Shown here: positions 10,739 through 19,653 of the stretch, piece after piece
How the letters are laid out: every line of letters starts with the position of its first letter
How positions within the stretch are numbered: position 1 is the first letter of the stretch
Virus record (IMG/VR): IMGVR_UViG_2721755498_000005
Source of the DNA: a virus
Taxonomy: Duplodnaviria; Heunggongvirae; Uroviricota; Caudoviricetes
Length of the DNA: 36,800 bases
Strand: one strand, 5' to 3'
The notes under the pieces: generated by a model
What the model saw: the letters and a program-made list of their open reading frames with translations, nothing else
Told to the model about the DNA's origin: nothing
The model's database searches: none
Made by a program: the position numbers and the translations under genes

Positions 10739-11215
10739 ATGATGCCAGTTAGCTGTTACCTCTGCATTTTCTTAAACGTTGGTTTGGGAGAAGGCTCAGC
10801 ATTACCTGTTGGGGTGCCTGTTCCGTGGCCTTCAGCCACTCCGCCAACAGGCTGGTTGAAATGCAATGGTGCGGCTTTTTCTGCTGAAGAATACCCGGAA
10901 CTGGCAAAGGCTTACCCGACAAATAAATTGCCTGATTTACGCGGTGAATTTATTCGTGGATGGGATGATGGGCGTGGGGTGGATTCCTCTCGTGGTTTGT
11001 TGACATCTCAAGACCATTTATTTGCTTCTCATGAGCACTGGTTTGACCAGTACTATGCGCTAAAAAGTTTTGATCCAACGGGAGGTCGGTTCGTAGTTAC
11101 GGCTGATGCTTTTGGGGAACTTATTACGGCAAATTCAATTTCTACGGTATCGGTTGGTGGTTCTGAAACCCGGCCGCGCAACGTCGCATTTAACTATATC
11201 GTGAGGGCAGCCTGA
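10739..11215 (+). CDS. Alternative tail-fibre C-terminal cassette, silent in this orientation
   Basis: ORF enters the crossover site in frame (..VGLGE..), then tail-fibre-tip-like sequence; lacks its own N-terminus, so expressed only after inversion fuses it to the H N-terminal region. Confidence 0.55.
   Translation: MMPVSCYLCIFLNVGLGEGSALPVGVPVPWPSATPPTGWLKCNGAAFSAEEYPELAKAYPTNKLPDLRGEFIRGWDDGRGVDSSRGLLTSQDHLFASHEHWFDQYYALKSFDPTGGRFVVTADAFGELITANSISTVSVGGSETRPRNVAFNYIVRAA
10767..10792. repeat. Left invertase recombination site (hix/gix-like, 12-2-12)
   Basis: ttttcttaaacg tt ggtttgggagaa; the 15 bp ttggtttgggagaag (10779..10793) is a perfect inverted copy of 12612..12626. Confidence 0.6.
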
Positions 11216-11817
11216 TGAATAAAGCCGTATTAAATAACGAACTCATTGCCATAAAAGCGGGAGACATTACCATTTATAATTATGATGGTGAAACGCGGGA
11301 ATATATTTCCACATCAACTGAATATCTTGCGGTTGGCGTCGGTATACCGGCATGTTCTTGTTTAGATGCACCAGTTACACATAAAGCTGGTTATGCAATC
11401 TGCCGTTCTGCAGATTTTAACTCATGGGAATATGTGCCAGACCATCGCGGTAAAATCATCTATAGCACCGAAACAGGAGAATCGAAAGAAATCACAGCTC
11501 CGGGTGATTACCCTGAAAATACAACCACTATCGCCCCGTTAACGCCATATGATAAATGGGATGGTGAGAAATGGGTGACGGATACTGAGGCACAGCATAG
11601 TGCCGCAGTAGACGCGGCAGAAGCACAGCGCCAGTCACTGATTGATGCAGCAATGGCTTCCATTAGTCTGATTCAGCTGAAATTACAGGCCGGACGGAAG
11701 TTGACGCAGGCAGAAACAACCAGACTTAACGCTGTGCTGGATTACATTGACGCGGTGACGGCAACAGATACCAGCACCGCGCCGGATGTCATCTGGCCTG
11801 AACTGCCGGAGGCGTAG
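11215..11817 (+). CDS. Tail fibre assembly chaperone (partner of the silent cassette)
   Basis: 200 aa with conserved Tfa C-terminus ...VLDYIDAVTATDTSTAPDVIWPELPEA. Confidence 0.7.
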   Translation: MNKAVLNNELIAIKAGDITIYNYDGETREYISTSTEYLAVGVGIPACSCLDAPVTHKAGYAICRSADFNSWEYVPDHRGKIIYSTETGESKEITAPGDYPENTTTIAPLTPYDKWDGEKWVTDTEAQHSAAVDAAEAQRQSLIDAAMASISLIQLKLQAGRKLTQAETTRLNAVLDYIDAVTATDTSTAPDVIWPELPEA

Positions 11818-12241
11818 GCCATTCAATATCTGGCGCACCGGAAGTATCGACTAGCACCAGTGCGTCCAGATAATCCAGCCACAAATTATATTGCGCCAGT
11901 TCGTCATCTTTCAGACGACCAATAGCGGCTTTACCGGGCCATTGCTTACTGTTCATGTATTCGTTGGCCTGGTTAATTAGTAGCTGTCTTTCTGATTCAG
12001 TAATTTCAATAAGCTCTTCATGCGTGGGTGGAGGAATATCTGCCCACGCAGGCATCCCATCATCTCCGGCAATACGGATTTTTCCTTGTGGCGGTTCAGC
12101 CATAAACTCACTGATAATATTTTGATTCACCTCCTTTGCATCTGATAAATCCCATCCCTCTGATTTATATTTATCAATCATATCCACAGGGAAAAAAGCA
12201 TTATGCCTTGCGCTATAAACATATTCGTTCATATAAATCAC
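11789..12241 (-). CDS. G: Tail fibre assembly chaperone gpG (active orientation)
   Basis: 150 aa with Tfa C-terminal motif ...WLDYLDALVLVDTSGAPDIEWPTPP; directly downstream of H. Confidence 0.7.
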   Translation of the reverse strand: MIYMNEYVYSARHNAFFPVDMIDKYKSEGWDLSDAKEVNQNIISEFMAEPPQGKIRIAGDDGMPAWADIPPPTHEELIEITESERQLLINQANEYMNSKQWPGKAAIGRLKDDELAQYNLWLDYLDALVLVDTSGAPDIEWPTPPAVQAR

Positions 12242-12252
12242 CCTGAATAAAA

Positions 12253-13674
12253 TTACTCACCAACAGCCCACCAACTGTAATTCATCGATACTGTGGAACT
12301 GGTTGATGCAGTTCTGTAAGCGGAATTAAAACCGGTTAATGTTGGGCCTTCTGCAGTCATCATGAACCCTCGCCCAGCACCTAAAGGCGCACCACCATCA
12401 CCAGAATGAGTAAGCATGGCGCAGTCCACTTTTTTAGGAAAAGGGATGCTGAATGTAATTCTCATTGTTTGCGTCGATAATGTCGGCGTAACCGCACCAC
12501 GACCATATTGCAGGATTTTCCCGTTGGGTAATTTCATCCATCCATCACCACTGGCAAAAGAGGCCATGTCCGGTATCTGATTTTCCCCTGTCCCCACATC
12601 CCGTTTTGCCGCTTCTCCCAAACCAAGGTATGCGAGAAGACCTGCTACATCCTTTCCACTCAAATGAGTCAGCGTATTGTCCAGCGGTTGTTTACCTGCC
12701 AGCGCATTAAGCATTGTCGTGGCAAAGTTCGGATCATTCCCCAGTGCCGCCGCCAGTTCGTTCAGTGTATCCAGTGCCGCAGGTGCAGAACCCACCATTG
12801 CCGCAATCGCCGATTTCACAAATGCCGTGGTGGCAATCTGTGTATTGTTGACCGACTGTGCCGCAGTAGGTGCTGTTGGCGTTCCGGTGAGTGCCGGACT
12901 CGACAGCGGCGCTTTCAGTGCCAGCGCATTATTAATAGTGGTACTGAATTTCGGGTCATTGTTAATGGCTGCGGCAATTTCTTTCAGTGTGTCCAGCGTG
13001 GCTGGCGCACCGTTAATCAGAGCAGTAATAGCGGCCTGAACAAACTCTGTGGTCGCAATCCGAGTGGTGTTATTTCCTGCTGCAGGCGTCGGCGCTTTTG
13101 GTTCTCCGGTAAATGTCGGATTATGTTTCTGCGCATACTGGGTATGAGGATCTTGTGCGGCAATGTGGTTTCTCATCTGGTCATCCACATACAGCTTTAA
13201 TTCCAGGACTTTATCATCCACGTATTTACGGGTTGCCAGCACTACAGCAGGGTCGATTTTCAGGGTGATATTGTCCGTACTGCTGGTAATCAGCACCATG
13301 CGCACGGTCTGGGTGCGCCCGCTGCCTTCAGCCAGTTGCGGCTTATAGCTTTCCGGGCAGTTGCCCACGGCAATCAATGCCCCGGACTCATCAAACAGGC
13401 CCACTTCACGTATCCACCAACCGCCCTCGTTTTCAGGGATCACCTGTTCAGCAATAATCTGGCTGCTGTTCTGCGGGTCGATATAAAGCATATTCAGCGC
13501 AGCCCGGCGTTTCTCATTTACCAGTGCCGTCTGCTTTGCGTCCGGCGTTGGCAATACTCCGCCGCCATCGCCCACCGCCATATGGGTAATTTTTAGCGGC
13601 ACACCGAGCGCGGCGGCGCTGGCAAGTTTCGCCGCGCCAATATCCGTCAGCAGGGTATAAAATTTTGTGCTCAT
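12253..13674 (-). CDS. H: Tail fibre protein gpH (constant N-terminus plus currently joined variable C-terminus)
   Basis: 473 aa; N-terminus MS.KF.T..T..GAAKLA...MAVGDGGG as in P2 H; crossover site at codon about 349. Confidence 0.8.
   Translation of the reverse strand: MSTKFYTLLTDIGAAKLASAAALGVPLKITHMAVGDGGGVLPTPDAKQTALVNEKRRAALNMLYIDPQNSSQIIAEQVIPENEGGWWIREVGLFDESGALIAVGNCPESYKPQLAEGSGRTQTVRMVLITSSTDNITLKIDPAVVLATRKYVDDKVLELKLYVDDQMRNHIAAQDPHTQYAQKHNPTFTGEPKAPTPAAGNNTTRIATTEFVQAAITALINGAPATLDTLKEIAAAINNDPKFSTTINNALALKAPLSSPALTGTPTAPTAAQSVNNTQIATTAFVKSAIAAMVGSAPAALDTLNELAAALGNDPNFATTMLNALAGKQPLDNTLTHLSGKDVAGLLAYLGLGEAAKRDVGTGENQIPDMASFASGDGWMKLPNGKILQYGRGAVTPTLSTQTMRITFSIPFPKKVDCAMLTHSGDGGAPLGAGRGFMMTAEGPTLTGFNSAYRTASTSSTVSMNYSWWAVGE
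12613..12638. repeat. Right invertase recombination site inside gene H
   Basis: ttctcccaaacc aa ggtatgcgagaa; resembles the hix/gix centre AAACCAAGGT; inverted copy of the left site. Confidence 0.6.
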
Positions 13675-14276
13675 GGATTCACTCTCATTGTGTCAATAAC
13701 ATGGACCGCCCCGCCTTCATGCGCGGTGCCACCGGAAATAATCGTTTCGTTGATATACGGATAGATCGTGATTTCTTCGCCAAGATAGCTGGCGGCTCCC
13801 ACCCAATGCGGGCCGCTGGTCTGCAGATTGATGGACATGCCGATCATGTGGCGGCTACATGGTTTGGCATCGCTTATCAGTCGCTCAAGTTCCAGATAGG
13901 TATCTTCAGTGATGCCCTGGTCCTGCACGCCGATATCTAGGCGAAACGTGCCCGCTGCCTCTCCGGTCTGCCACCACTCAATAATGCGGATCAGAAAGCC
14001 GAACGGCTCCACCACCCGCCGCACGGCACTGGTGGTCCCTTTATGCTGATGAATATAAAAAGCATCCTTCACCACCTGGCGCTTGACGCTTTCTGTCCAG
14101 CCCTCGTCCCAGCGATCCACAGAGAACGCCCAGGCGAGATAAGGCAGGAAACTGACCGGACAGGTTGCCGGATTCCACAAGTCACGAAGCGGCACCTGCA
14201 GATCAGAAATCCCGCTGCAGGTTTGCGCCAGTCGGCGCTCCAGTGGTGTTGAACCCGGTGGCAGCAGACTATTCAT
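13671..14276 (-). CDS. I: Baseplate/tail protein gpI
   Basis: 201 aa; resembles P2 gpI (ELWNP..CP...LP.LAWAFSVDRWDE.W); ATGA overlap with H. Confidence 0.75.
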   Translation of the reverse strand: MNSLLPPGSTPLERRLAQTCSGISDLQVPLRDLWNPATCPVSFLPYLAWAFSVDRWDEGWTESVKRQVVKDAFYIHQHKGTTSAVRRVVEPFGFLIRIIEWWQTGEAAGTFRLDIGVQDQGITEDTYLELERLISDAKPCSRHMIGMSINLQTSGPHWVGAASYLGEEITIYPYINETIISGGTAHEGGAVHVIDTMRVNP

Positions 14277-15177
14277 CCGTTCCTCCGTTGGTTACGCTCC
14301 ACTGCGTACATGATGCCGCCTGTGTTTTGTTCAGGACCACATCCGCCAGAGGAGAAGCCAGCTCCACACGCTGCACACCCTCAACATGCAGGGCGGCAAA
14401 GATGGCGCTACGGCGAATATCCCGACCAAGACGCGTCTGACTGGCGATGTACTTCTGCAGGCTGGCTTTTGCCGCTGCCATTACCGGCTCTGCTTCCGGT
14501 CCCGGATAAAGAAAAATGGTGGCTTCCACGCGATACGGGATGATTTCTGCGCTGCGAACCGTAAGACGGTCAGCCACCGGGCGGACGTTCTCACTGTTCA
14601 GAGCTTTTCCCACCACGTCCAGCAGGTCTTTTTCTGCAGTTCCATCGCCTTCGCGGCTAAGGACAGTCAGCACCACCTCTGCAGGTGCCGGGCTGGTTGC
14701 ACTGGCATCCGCCACGCGACCGTCGGCGCTTCGGGCATGAAATTCATAAGCTGCAGTTGGCCCCGCGACTGAAAGCCCTTCAAAGGCTGCAGGCACACGC
14801 AGGCGTAACGCTTCATCGCTTTCCATCACAGCTGCAACGGGCGGCACAGCGTCATTATCAGCAGGCGTCACCGTCAGGCGTTTCACGTTGTAGTTGGCAG
14901 CGAGCTGGTCAAGATCGCCGCCCATCGCGTAAGCCACCATCACCGCCTGCGCGGCTTCGTTAATGCGCTGGCGCAGAAGCAACTCACGGTAAGCGTTCTC
15001 CTGCAACAATTTGGTGACGGGTTCAGATTCCAGTTCCAGCGTACGCATCACAGCTTCCTGCTCATCTTTCGGATGGAGCGCCACAAATTCTGCCTTACGT
15101 TCTGCAAACAGCGTTTCAAAGTCCGGCACATCCACAATCTGCGGTGCAGGCAACTGCGAAAGGTCAATCACTGCCAT
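14269..15177 (-). CDS. J: Baseplate assembly protein gpJ
   Basis: 302 aa from the ATG at 15177 (AGGAG RBS); position between W and I. Confidence 0.8.
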   Translation of the reverse strand: MAVIDLSQLPAPQIVDVPDFETLFAERKAEFVALHPKDEQEAVMRTLELESEPVTKLLQENAYRELLLRQRINEAAQAVMVAYAMGGDLDQLAANYNVKRLTVTPADNDAVPPVAAVMESDEALRLRVPAAFEGLSVAGPTAAYEFHARSADGRVADASATSPAPAEVVLTVLSREGDGTAEKDLLDVVGKALNSENVRPVADRLTVRSAEIIPYRVEATIFLYPGPEAEPVMAAAKASLQKYIASQTRLGRDIRRSAIFAALHVEGVQRVELASPLADVVLNKTQAASCTQWSVTNGGTDE

Positions 15178-15523
15178 TCTCGGCTCCTGTTGATACGGAA
15201 AGGGAAACAGGCACACCGTTATTACGCTGTCCGGTCAGTTCCACCACCATAGAACCGTCAAAATTGCTGTTGATGGTGATGGATTCCAGCGTCAGCCGAG
15301 GCTCCCAGCGACTCAGCGCCACATACACCGCCGACATAATCTGCAGGCGTAACGCCGGATTTTGTGGCTGGTCTATCAGCGCCGACAGCAGGGAACCATA
15401 TTCACGACGGGCAATGCGGCTACCCTGCGGCGTCAGCAGAATATCCCGCACCGACTGGCGCAGATGGTCAATATCAGTAATGGCTTTACCGCTGGTATTG
15501 TTCATCCCGATATAAAGCGTCAT
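15164..15523 (-). CDS. W: Baseplate protein gpW (gp25-like)
   Basis: 119 aa, position and size as P2 W; ATGA overlap with V. Confidence 0.75.
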   Translation of the reverse strand: MTLYIGMNNTSGKAITDIDHLRQSVRDILLTPQGSRIARREYGSLLSALIDQPQNPALRLQIMSAVYVALSRWEPRLTLESITINSNFDGSMVVELTGQRNNGVPVSLSVSTGAENGSD

Positions 15524-16098
15524 ACCGGGCCTCCGGTGGTGTCGCCACCTTTCTGGACGCCAGTATGCTGATGCGCATCAACCACGATCCCGTTAGAACT
15601 CATCGCACCGCCGCCCTGGGTAACGCCACCATTGATCACCACTTCGCTGTTAATACGTGCGCGGTCAGCCTCCAGTACAAACTCACTGGTTTTCAGGGTG
15701 ATGTTGTCGACAGCCTCAATGACCATTGATTTGATGCCCCTGACATACCAGCGCCCGGTGGCGGGTTCGTATTCAAACCAGCCACCGTCAGGATATTCTG
15801 TCACGCAGGCGTCCGCCGACGTCGACGGCGGCGCGAACTGATTCGAATAGACAGCGGGCAACGCAAAGGCGGTTTCCAGATTGCCACCCAGACTCAGCAG
15901 CACCACCTGCTCACCTTCCGATGGTTTCCACCATGTGCGGGCATTACCCGCACGCAGCGTCAGCCAGCTGATCCAGTTGGTTTCAAGGTCGCCTGTTTTC
16001 ACCCGGCAAAGCCAGTTCTCCCGGTCCACTTCGGTGACTACACCAGTGCGAATCAGGTTGGTGATAAGGCGCATGATTTCGGTTAAATGTGCGTTCAT
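15520..16098 (-). CDS. V: Baseplate spike/assembly protein gpV
   Basis: 192 aa; N-terminus resembles P2 gpV. Confidence 0.8.
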   Translation of the reverse strand: MNAHLTEIMRLITNLIRTGVVTEVDRENWLCRVKTGDLETNWISWLTLRAGNARTWWKPSEGEQVVLLSLGGNLETAFALPAVYSNQFAPPSTSADACVTEYPDGGWFEYEPATGRWYVRGIKSMVIEAVDNITLKTSEFVLEADRARINSEVVINGGVTQGGGAMSSNGIVVDAHQHTGVQKGGDTTGGPV

Positions 16099-16143
16099 GA
16101 GAAAAAACTAACCGCCATTGCAAACGCAATCGAGTAGATAGGA

Positions 16144-16161
16144 ATGTTTGATTCATGGCAC
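16144..16161 (-). promoter_or_regulatory. Candidate Ogr-dependent late promoter element (TGT-N12-ACA) upstream of V
   Basis: tgtttgattcatggcaca centred about 54 bp upstream of the V ATG. Confidence 0.3.
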
Positions 16162-16190
16162 AATACGTTGCTTACTTTTAAGGATATAAA

Positions 16191-16952
16191 ATGAAAGACA
16201 ATTTAAATCTTCTTATAAAAAAATTAATAAGAAAGGCATTTCCTGAATTTAGCAATAAGGTAACATGGACTTTACTCACTGCAGGGATCGGTATTCTTGC
16301 ACTACCTGCACCCACATATTTATTATTCGTAAACCTTATAATTGATTTTTACAACAAAACAACTAATTCAGAAATAAGCCTTCTTAAGATTGATAGCATT
16401 ACACCAAGTAGTGGGGTTGCTTTAACTTTAATTCTATCCGGGCTAGTCTTTCACCTATTAATAAAAGTCCCCCATATATACCAAGAAATTCTAAAAGAGA
16501 ATAACCAAAAAGAAATACAGGAAAGAAAAAGAGTAGCAGACGTTAAACTTTATGAGGCATTTATTGATATTCTACCAACAACCTCGTTATCAATTGAATT
16601 CTTAAAAGACCATAATTTTGAAAACTCCTATCATGATAATAATACAAAAGATATTAGTAATCTTGAATACGGGTGGGGTCATGCAGATCAACATTTTCAT
16701 GACAATGAAATTGAAGATAAAGCCACTCATCTTTACAGTGAAATAATAAAGTTTAATTATTTTCTCGCTTATAAATCGCACAATATCAATAACTATATGT
16801 TTAGCATGCTTACTGACAGAGATCGAGCTATGGTGATGGAATTACTACCTCAAACAAAGGAAAATATAAAAATAGCCAATGAGTGGAGTTCTACAATTCA
16901 TCAGCTTTACTGTGACTTTATCTCCACATGTAGGAATAACTTAGCCATATAA
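16191..16952 (+). CDS. Hypothetical membrane protein, AT-rich moron between V and S
   Basis: 253 aa ORF with AAGGA RBS; visibly AT-rich against GC-rich flanking phage genes; two predicted N-terminal TM helices; opposite strand to the surrounding late operons. Confidence 0.5.
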   Translation: MKDNLNLLIKKLIRKAFPEFSNKVTWTLLTAGIGILALPAPTYLLFVNLIIDFYNKTTNSEISLLKIDSITPSSGVALTLILSGLVFHLLIKVPHIYQEILKENNQKEIQERKRVADVKLYEAFIDILPTTSLSIEFLKDHNFENSYHDNNTKDISNLEYGWGHADQHFHDNEIEDKATHLYSEIIKFNYFLAYKSHNINNYMFSMLTDRDRAMVMELLPQTKENIKIANEWSSTIHQLYCDFISTCRNNLAI

Positions 16953-16970
16953 ATTATATGCTGTAGTTAA

Positions 16971-17414
16971 TTAAGACAAGTAGCGAAAAAAAATATCACG
17001 AGTTATCATTTCCGCTTCGTCGTTAACACCCAAAAGGCGACGCTCTGCGTAACGGACCTCCGGCCCTTTGCGACTGACGCGATCGCGCAGGCCGTAATGG
17101 TGAACACGGGCAATGCGCTGCACCTTACCTTCAAACTGCACGCTGGCAGAATCGGCGCTGGCGGCAGTTTTCAGATATTTTGTGGTGCGTAGCTTTGCAA
17201 ACATCTGACGTTTGATACGCCCCTTTTTACTGCGTGCTGTTACCCGTCGCGGTTCATAACTACTGCCATCTGGATTGCGCTGCATCCTGATGTTCTTCTG
17301 TTGTGTCCTGCGCAGTTCCTGCGCCAGCTGACGCATCATGCGGCTTCTTGCGGCTGGTTCCAGATTCGCCAGTAAGGCACTCAGCCAGTCGTCCACCTTC
17401 TGCAGTTCAGCCAC
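16971..17414 (-). CDS. S: Tail completion protein gpS
   Basis: 147 aa; close match to P2 gpS (MAEL.K.DDWL.ALLANLEPA..); GTG start. Confidence 0.75.
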   Translation of the reverse strand: MAELQKVDDWLSALLANLEPAARSRMMRQLAQELRRTQQKNIRMQRNPDGSSYEPRRVTARSKKGRIKRQMFAKLRTTKYLKTAASADSASVQFEGKVQRIARVHHYGLRDRVSRKGPEVRYAERRLLGVNDEAEMITRDIFFRYLS

Positions 17415-17838
17415 GTTTCACCGTCCACATTTCTTCAGGTTCATCTGGTTCCGCTACCGCTTCAACGTTCGACACACTGCCGTCAGTGCTGACCAGCACA
17501 CGCTCCGTCAGTTGCAGGTTAAGGCTGATATCACAGACATCGTTGCGCAGAATATCCACCTCAAAGGTGAATAGCTTTTCCCGTAACGCCGGGTTATTGA
17601 TGGCATCGGGCTGGTTATCCCGCAGCCACAGCAAAACCGGGGCCATCAGCAGATTCTGGTCGCCGCTGAAATCCTCAATCACCACGTTCAGGGTGTAGCG
17701 GTACTCCCATGACATGGAGCTGGCCCCCGTGGCAACCAGCGAACCGTTATCCACAAACAGATGCAGTTTGTCCGGGTTATTGCGGACATAAGGCACCGCT
17801 TTATTGAGGGCGTGGCGCAGGGATTGTGGTTTGTTCAC
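17407..17838 (-). CDS. R: Tail completion protein gpR
   Basis: Resembles P2 gpR (..FVDNGS...RYTLNV...LLWLR.NQPD); GTG at 17838 with AGGAG RBS preferred over the TTG at 17859. Confidence 0.7.
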   Translation of the reverse strand: MNKPQSLRHALNKAVPYVRNNPDKLHLFVDNGSLVATGASSMSWEYRYTLNVVIEDFSGDQNLLMAPVLLWLRDNQPDAINNPALREKLFTFEVDILRNDVCDISLNLQLTERVLVSTDGSVSNVEAVAEPDEPEEMWTVKRG

Positions 17839-18091
17839 TGTTTCGCTCCTGACACGCAATAATCATGTCCACTTTGTCTGCACAGACCGCCCAGGCGGCC
17901 TCCGTTTCATCCAGCAATGCGTTCAGATCACCGTTAGTGCGCGGCGCTGTCTGATCCAGCCGACACGGCGTCACTCGCGGACAACCACTGACGGTAAGCG
18001 GCACCTCCGGTGAGTGCCGGACGTTCCCGCAGCCGGATAATGTCAGCAGGCAAAGGAGTATCAGCCCAGCGGCGTAAATCCTCGTTCTCAC
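17801..18091 (-). CDS. lysC: LysC, Rz1-like outer-membrane spanin lipoprotein
   Basis: 96 aa with lipobox LTLSGC, Pro-rich; embedded out of frame in the 3' part of lysB as in P2; GTG start. Confidence 0.5.
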   Translation of the reverse strand: MRTRIYAAGLILLCLLTLSGCGNVRHSPEVPLTVSGCPRVTPCRLDQTAPRTNGDLNALLDETEAAWAVCADKVDMIIACQERNSEQTTIPAPRPQ

Positions 18092-18362
18092 GTTTCAGTT
18101 CCTCAATCCGGTGTTGTCGTTGTCTCAGCAGCGCGCTGGTCTGTTCTGCTTCGGCGTAGAGCCGCGCCTGCTCCCGGTTGTTGGTTTCAGTCAGAATGGA
18201 CAGGCTGATAAGCTGGCTGTTGCTCTTTGCCAGCGCCTGGCTTTTGCTCTGCAGTTCGTCTGCCTGCGTGCTGATGGTCTGGCTGGCATCAGCCAGCCGC
18301 CACGTCTGCCATCCCAGCGCCGCCAGTAATAACGCCAGCACAACCAGCAGCAACCGGTTCAT
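17934..18362 (-). CDS. lysB: LysB, Rz-like inner-membrane spanin
   Basis: 142 aa, N-terminal TM then coiled-coil; ATGA overlap with lysA. Confidence 0.65.
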   Translation of the reverse strand: MNRLLLVVLALLLAALGWQTWRLADASQTISTQADELQSKSQALAKSNSQLISLSILTETNNREQARLYAEAEQTSALLRQRQHRIEELKRENEDLRRWADTPLPADIIRLRERPALTGGAAYRQWLSASDAVSAGSDSAAH

Positions 18363-18736
18363 GCTGCTACCTGTTGCGCCATCTGATTACGGGTCATCCA
18401 GAAGGCAATAACGGTCAGTAGATAAAAGACCATGGTAATAGCCCACCCCGTCCAGGCGAGACTTACGACAATCAGCAATCGCATCACCCAGCTGATAAAT
18501 ACGTTTTCTTTTCGGGTAATTGTCTTCAGCAAAGATGCCCTCAACTCCTGCCAGAGCGGGCCATTCTTAATTAACGCAGCCAGAGCTACCGGAATTATCG
18601 CCCATGTCAGCAAACAGGCTACCCAAACGCCGGACGCTGCCAGTACCGGAAAAATCCCCTGCGGATACACCATTGCTGCGATTAACAGCGCCATCCATAA
18701 CATCAGAAACAGCCCGCTGATTAATTTCTTTTTCAT
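18359..18736 (-). CDS. lysA: LysA, holin/antiholin-like membrane protein
   Basis: About 125 aa from the ATG at 18736 (ATGA overlap with the K stop); multiple TM helices. Confidence 0.55.
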   Translation of the reverse strand: MKKKLISGLFLMLWMALLIAAMVYPQGIFPVLAASGVWVACLLTWAIIPVALAALIKNGPLWQELRASLLKTITRKENVFISWVMRLLIVVSLAWTGWAITMVFYLLTVIAFWMTRNQMAQQVAA

Positions 18737-18737
18737 T

Positions 18738-19250
18738 TCAGTTTGCTCCCTGTAAACACCAGGCCATCTCCCGCGCACGGCGGTTATCCAGCCCCTGATT
18801 AAACACACCTTTTACATACACCCAGCGCGGCAACTGTCGGCACGCATCCGCCCAGCGCCGCTGATTGAGCAATTTCACCAGCGTGGAACTGCAGGCATTG
18901 CCCGTACCCACGTTGAAGGCAAACGACACCGCAGCGTCATACACCTTCTGCGGCGGCTGTTGCTTCACACACCTTTCCAGCGCCCGCTCCACACGCAGCA
19001 CGTTGGAGATCAGCCCTTCTGCTGCCTGTCGCTCCGTAATGGTTTTGCCGGGAATGACGCCCGACGTATTACCAATGCCGTCGGTCCAGACACCCGCGCT
19101 GCACTGATACGGCTGCAGACGACAACCTTCGTAATCGGCAATCAGTTTCAGCCCTTCCACGGAGGTGTGAAGCTGCTGAAAACCCGGCAGCGTGGCAGCA
19201 ATAGCCAGCACGGCCCCGACAAGGCAGCGTTTAACGATTGATGGATTCAT
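18738..19250 (-). CDS. K: Endolysin gpK (phage lysozyme, possible signal-anchor-release type)
   Basis: 170 aa, lysozyme-like, hydrophobic N-terminus VGAVLAIAATLPGF. Confidence 0.8.
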   Translation of the reverse strand: MNPSIVKRCLVGAVLAIAATLPGFQQLHTSVEGLKLIADYEGCRLQPYQCSAGVWTDGIGNTSGVIPGKTITERQAAEGLISNVLRVERALERCVKQQPPQKVYDAAVSFAFNVGTGNACSSTLVKLLNQRRWADACRQLPRWVYVKGVFNQGLDNRRAREMAWCLQGAN

Positions 19251-19446
19251 AGTCCTCCCGCGAGATCTGCCCGTCGCGCAGAAGCTGGTAGGCTTTGTGT
19301 TTGTAGTACCAGTTGATAGCCAGCATCAGCACACCAATCATCAGGCCGCCCAGCGTTGAGGCATCCTTGATGGACAAATCGCCCAGCCAGGCCAGCACGA
19401 CGGCGATGCAATACGTGATAAAGGCGCTGATTCGCTCAAGCGTCAT
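19231..19446 (-). CDS. Y: Holin (gpY position)
   Basis: 71 aa, two TM helices and charged C-terminus; between X and K. Confidence 0.6.
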   Translation of the reverse strand: MTLERISAFITYCIAVVLAWLGDLSIKDASTLGGLMIGVLMLAINWYYKHKAYQLLRDGQISREDYESINR

Positions 19447-19449
19447 AAT

Positions 19450-19653
19450 TCAGTCCCATAGCTGGACGGTCTGCACGGTGGTGGTGGTCGGAATGTCCGG
19501 CAGCTCCACCTGCAGCCCGTGAGGTAAAAAGGGGCCGTATTCGGCAAGCCCCGGATTTGCCTTCAGCACCTGCTCCGTGACACCCTGCGTGCGCCCGTAA
19601 TGACGCCAGCAAAGCGCGTCCACCGTGTCATACTGATGCGCACGCACTTTCAT
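19450..19653 (-). CDS. X: Tail protein gpX
   Basis: 67 aa; resembles P2 gpX (..YGRT.GV.E.VL.ANPGLAE.G..LPHG..VELPD). Confidence 0.75.
   Translation of the reverse strand: MKVRAHQYDTVDALCWRHYGRTQGVTEQVLKANPGLAEYGPFLPHGLQVELPDIPTTTTVQTVQLWD

Larger units (their letters stand above)
10780..12625. other. Invertible tail-fibre host-range segment (about 1.85 kb)
   Basis: Bounded by the inverted recombination sites; contains two alternative tail-fibre C-terminal cassettes with their chaperones in opposite orientation, next to the invertase gene. Confidence 0.6.

Noticed and set aside
12664-13200. 178 aa Cys/Arg-rich plus-strand ORF
   Set aside because: Lies entirely antisense within tail-fibre gene H; composition artefact of the repetitive Ala/Gly-rich H sequence
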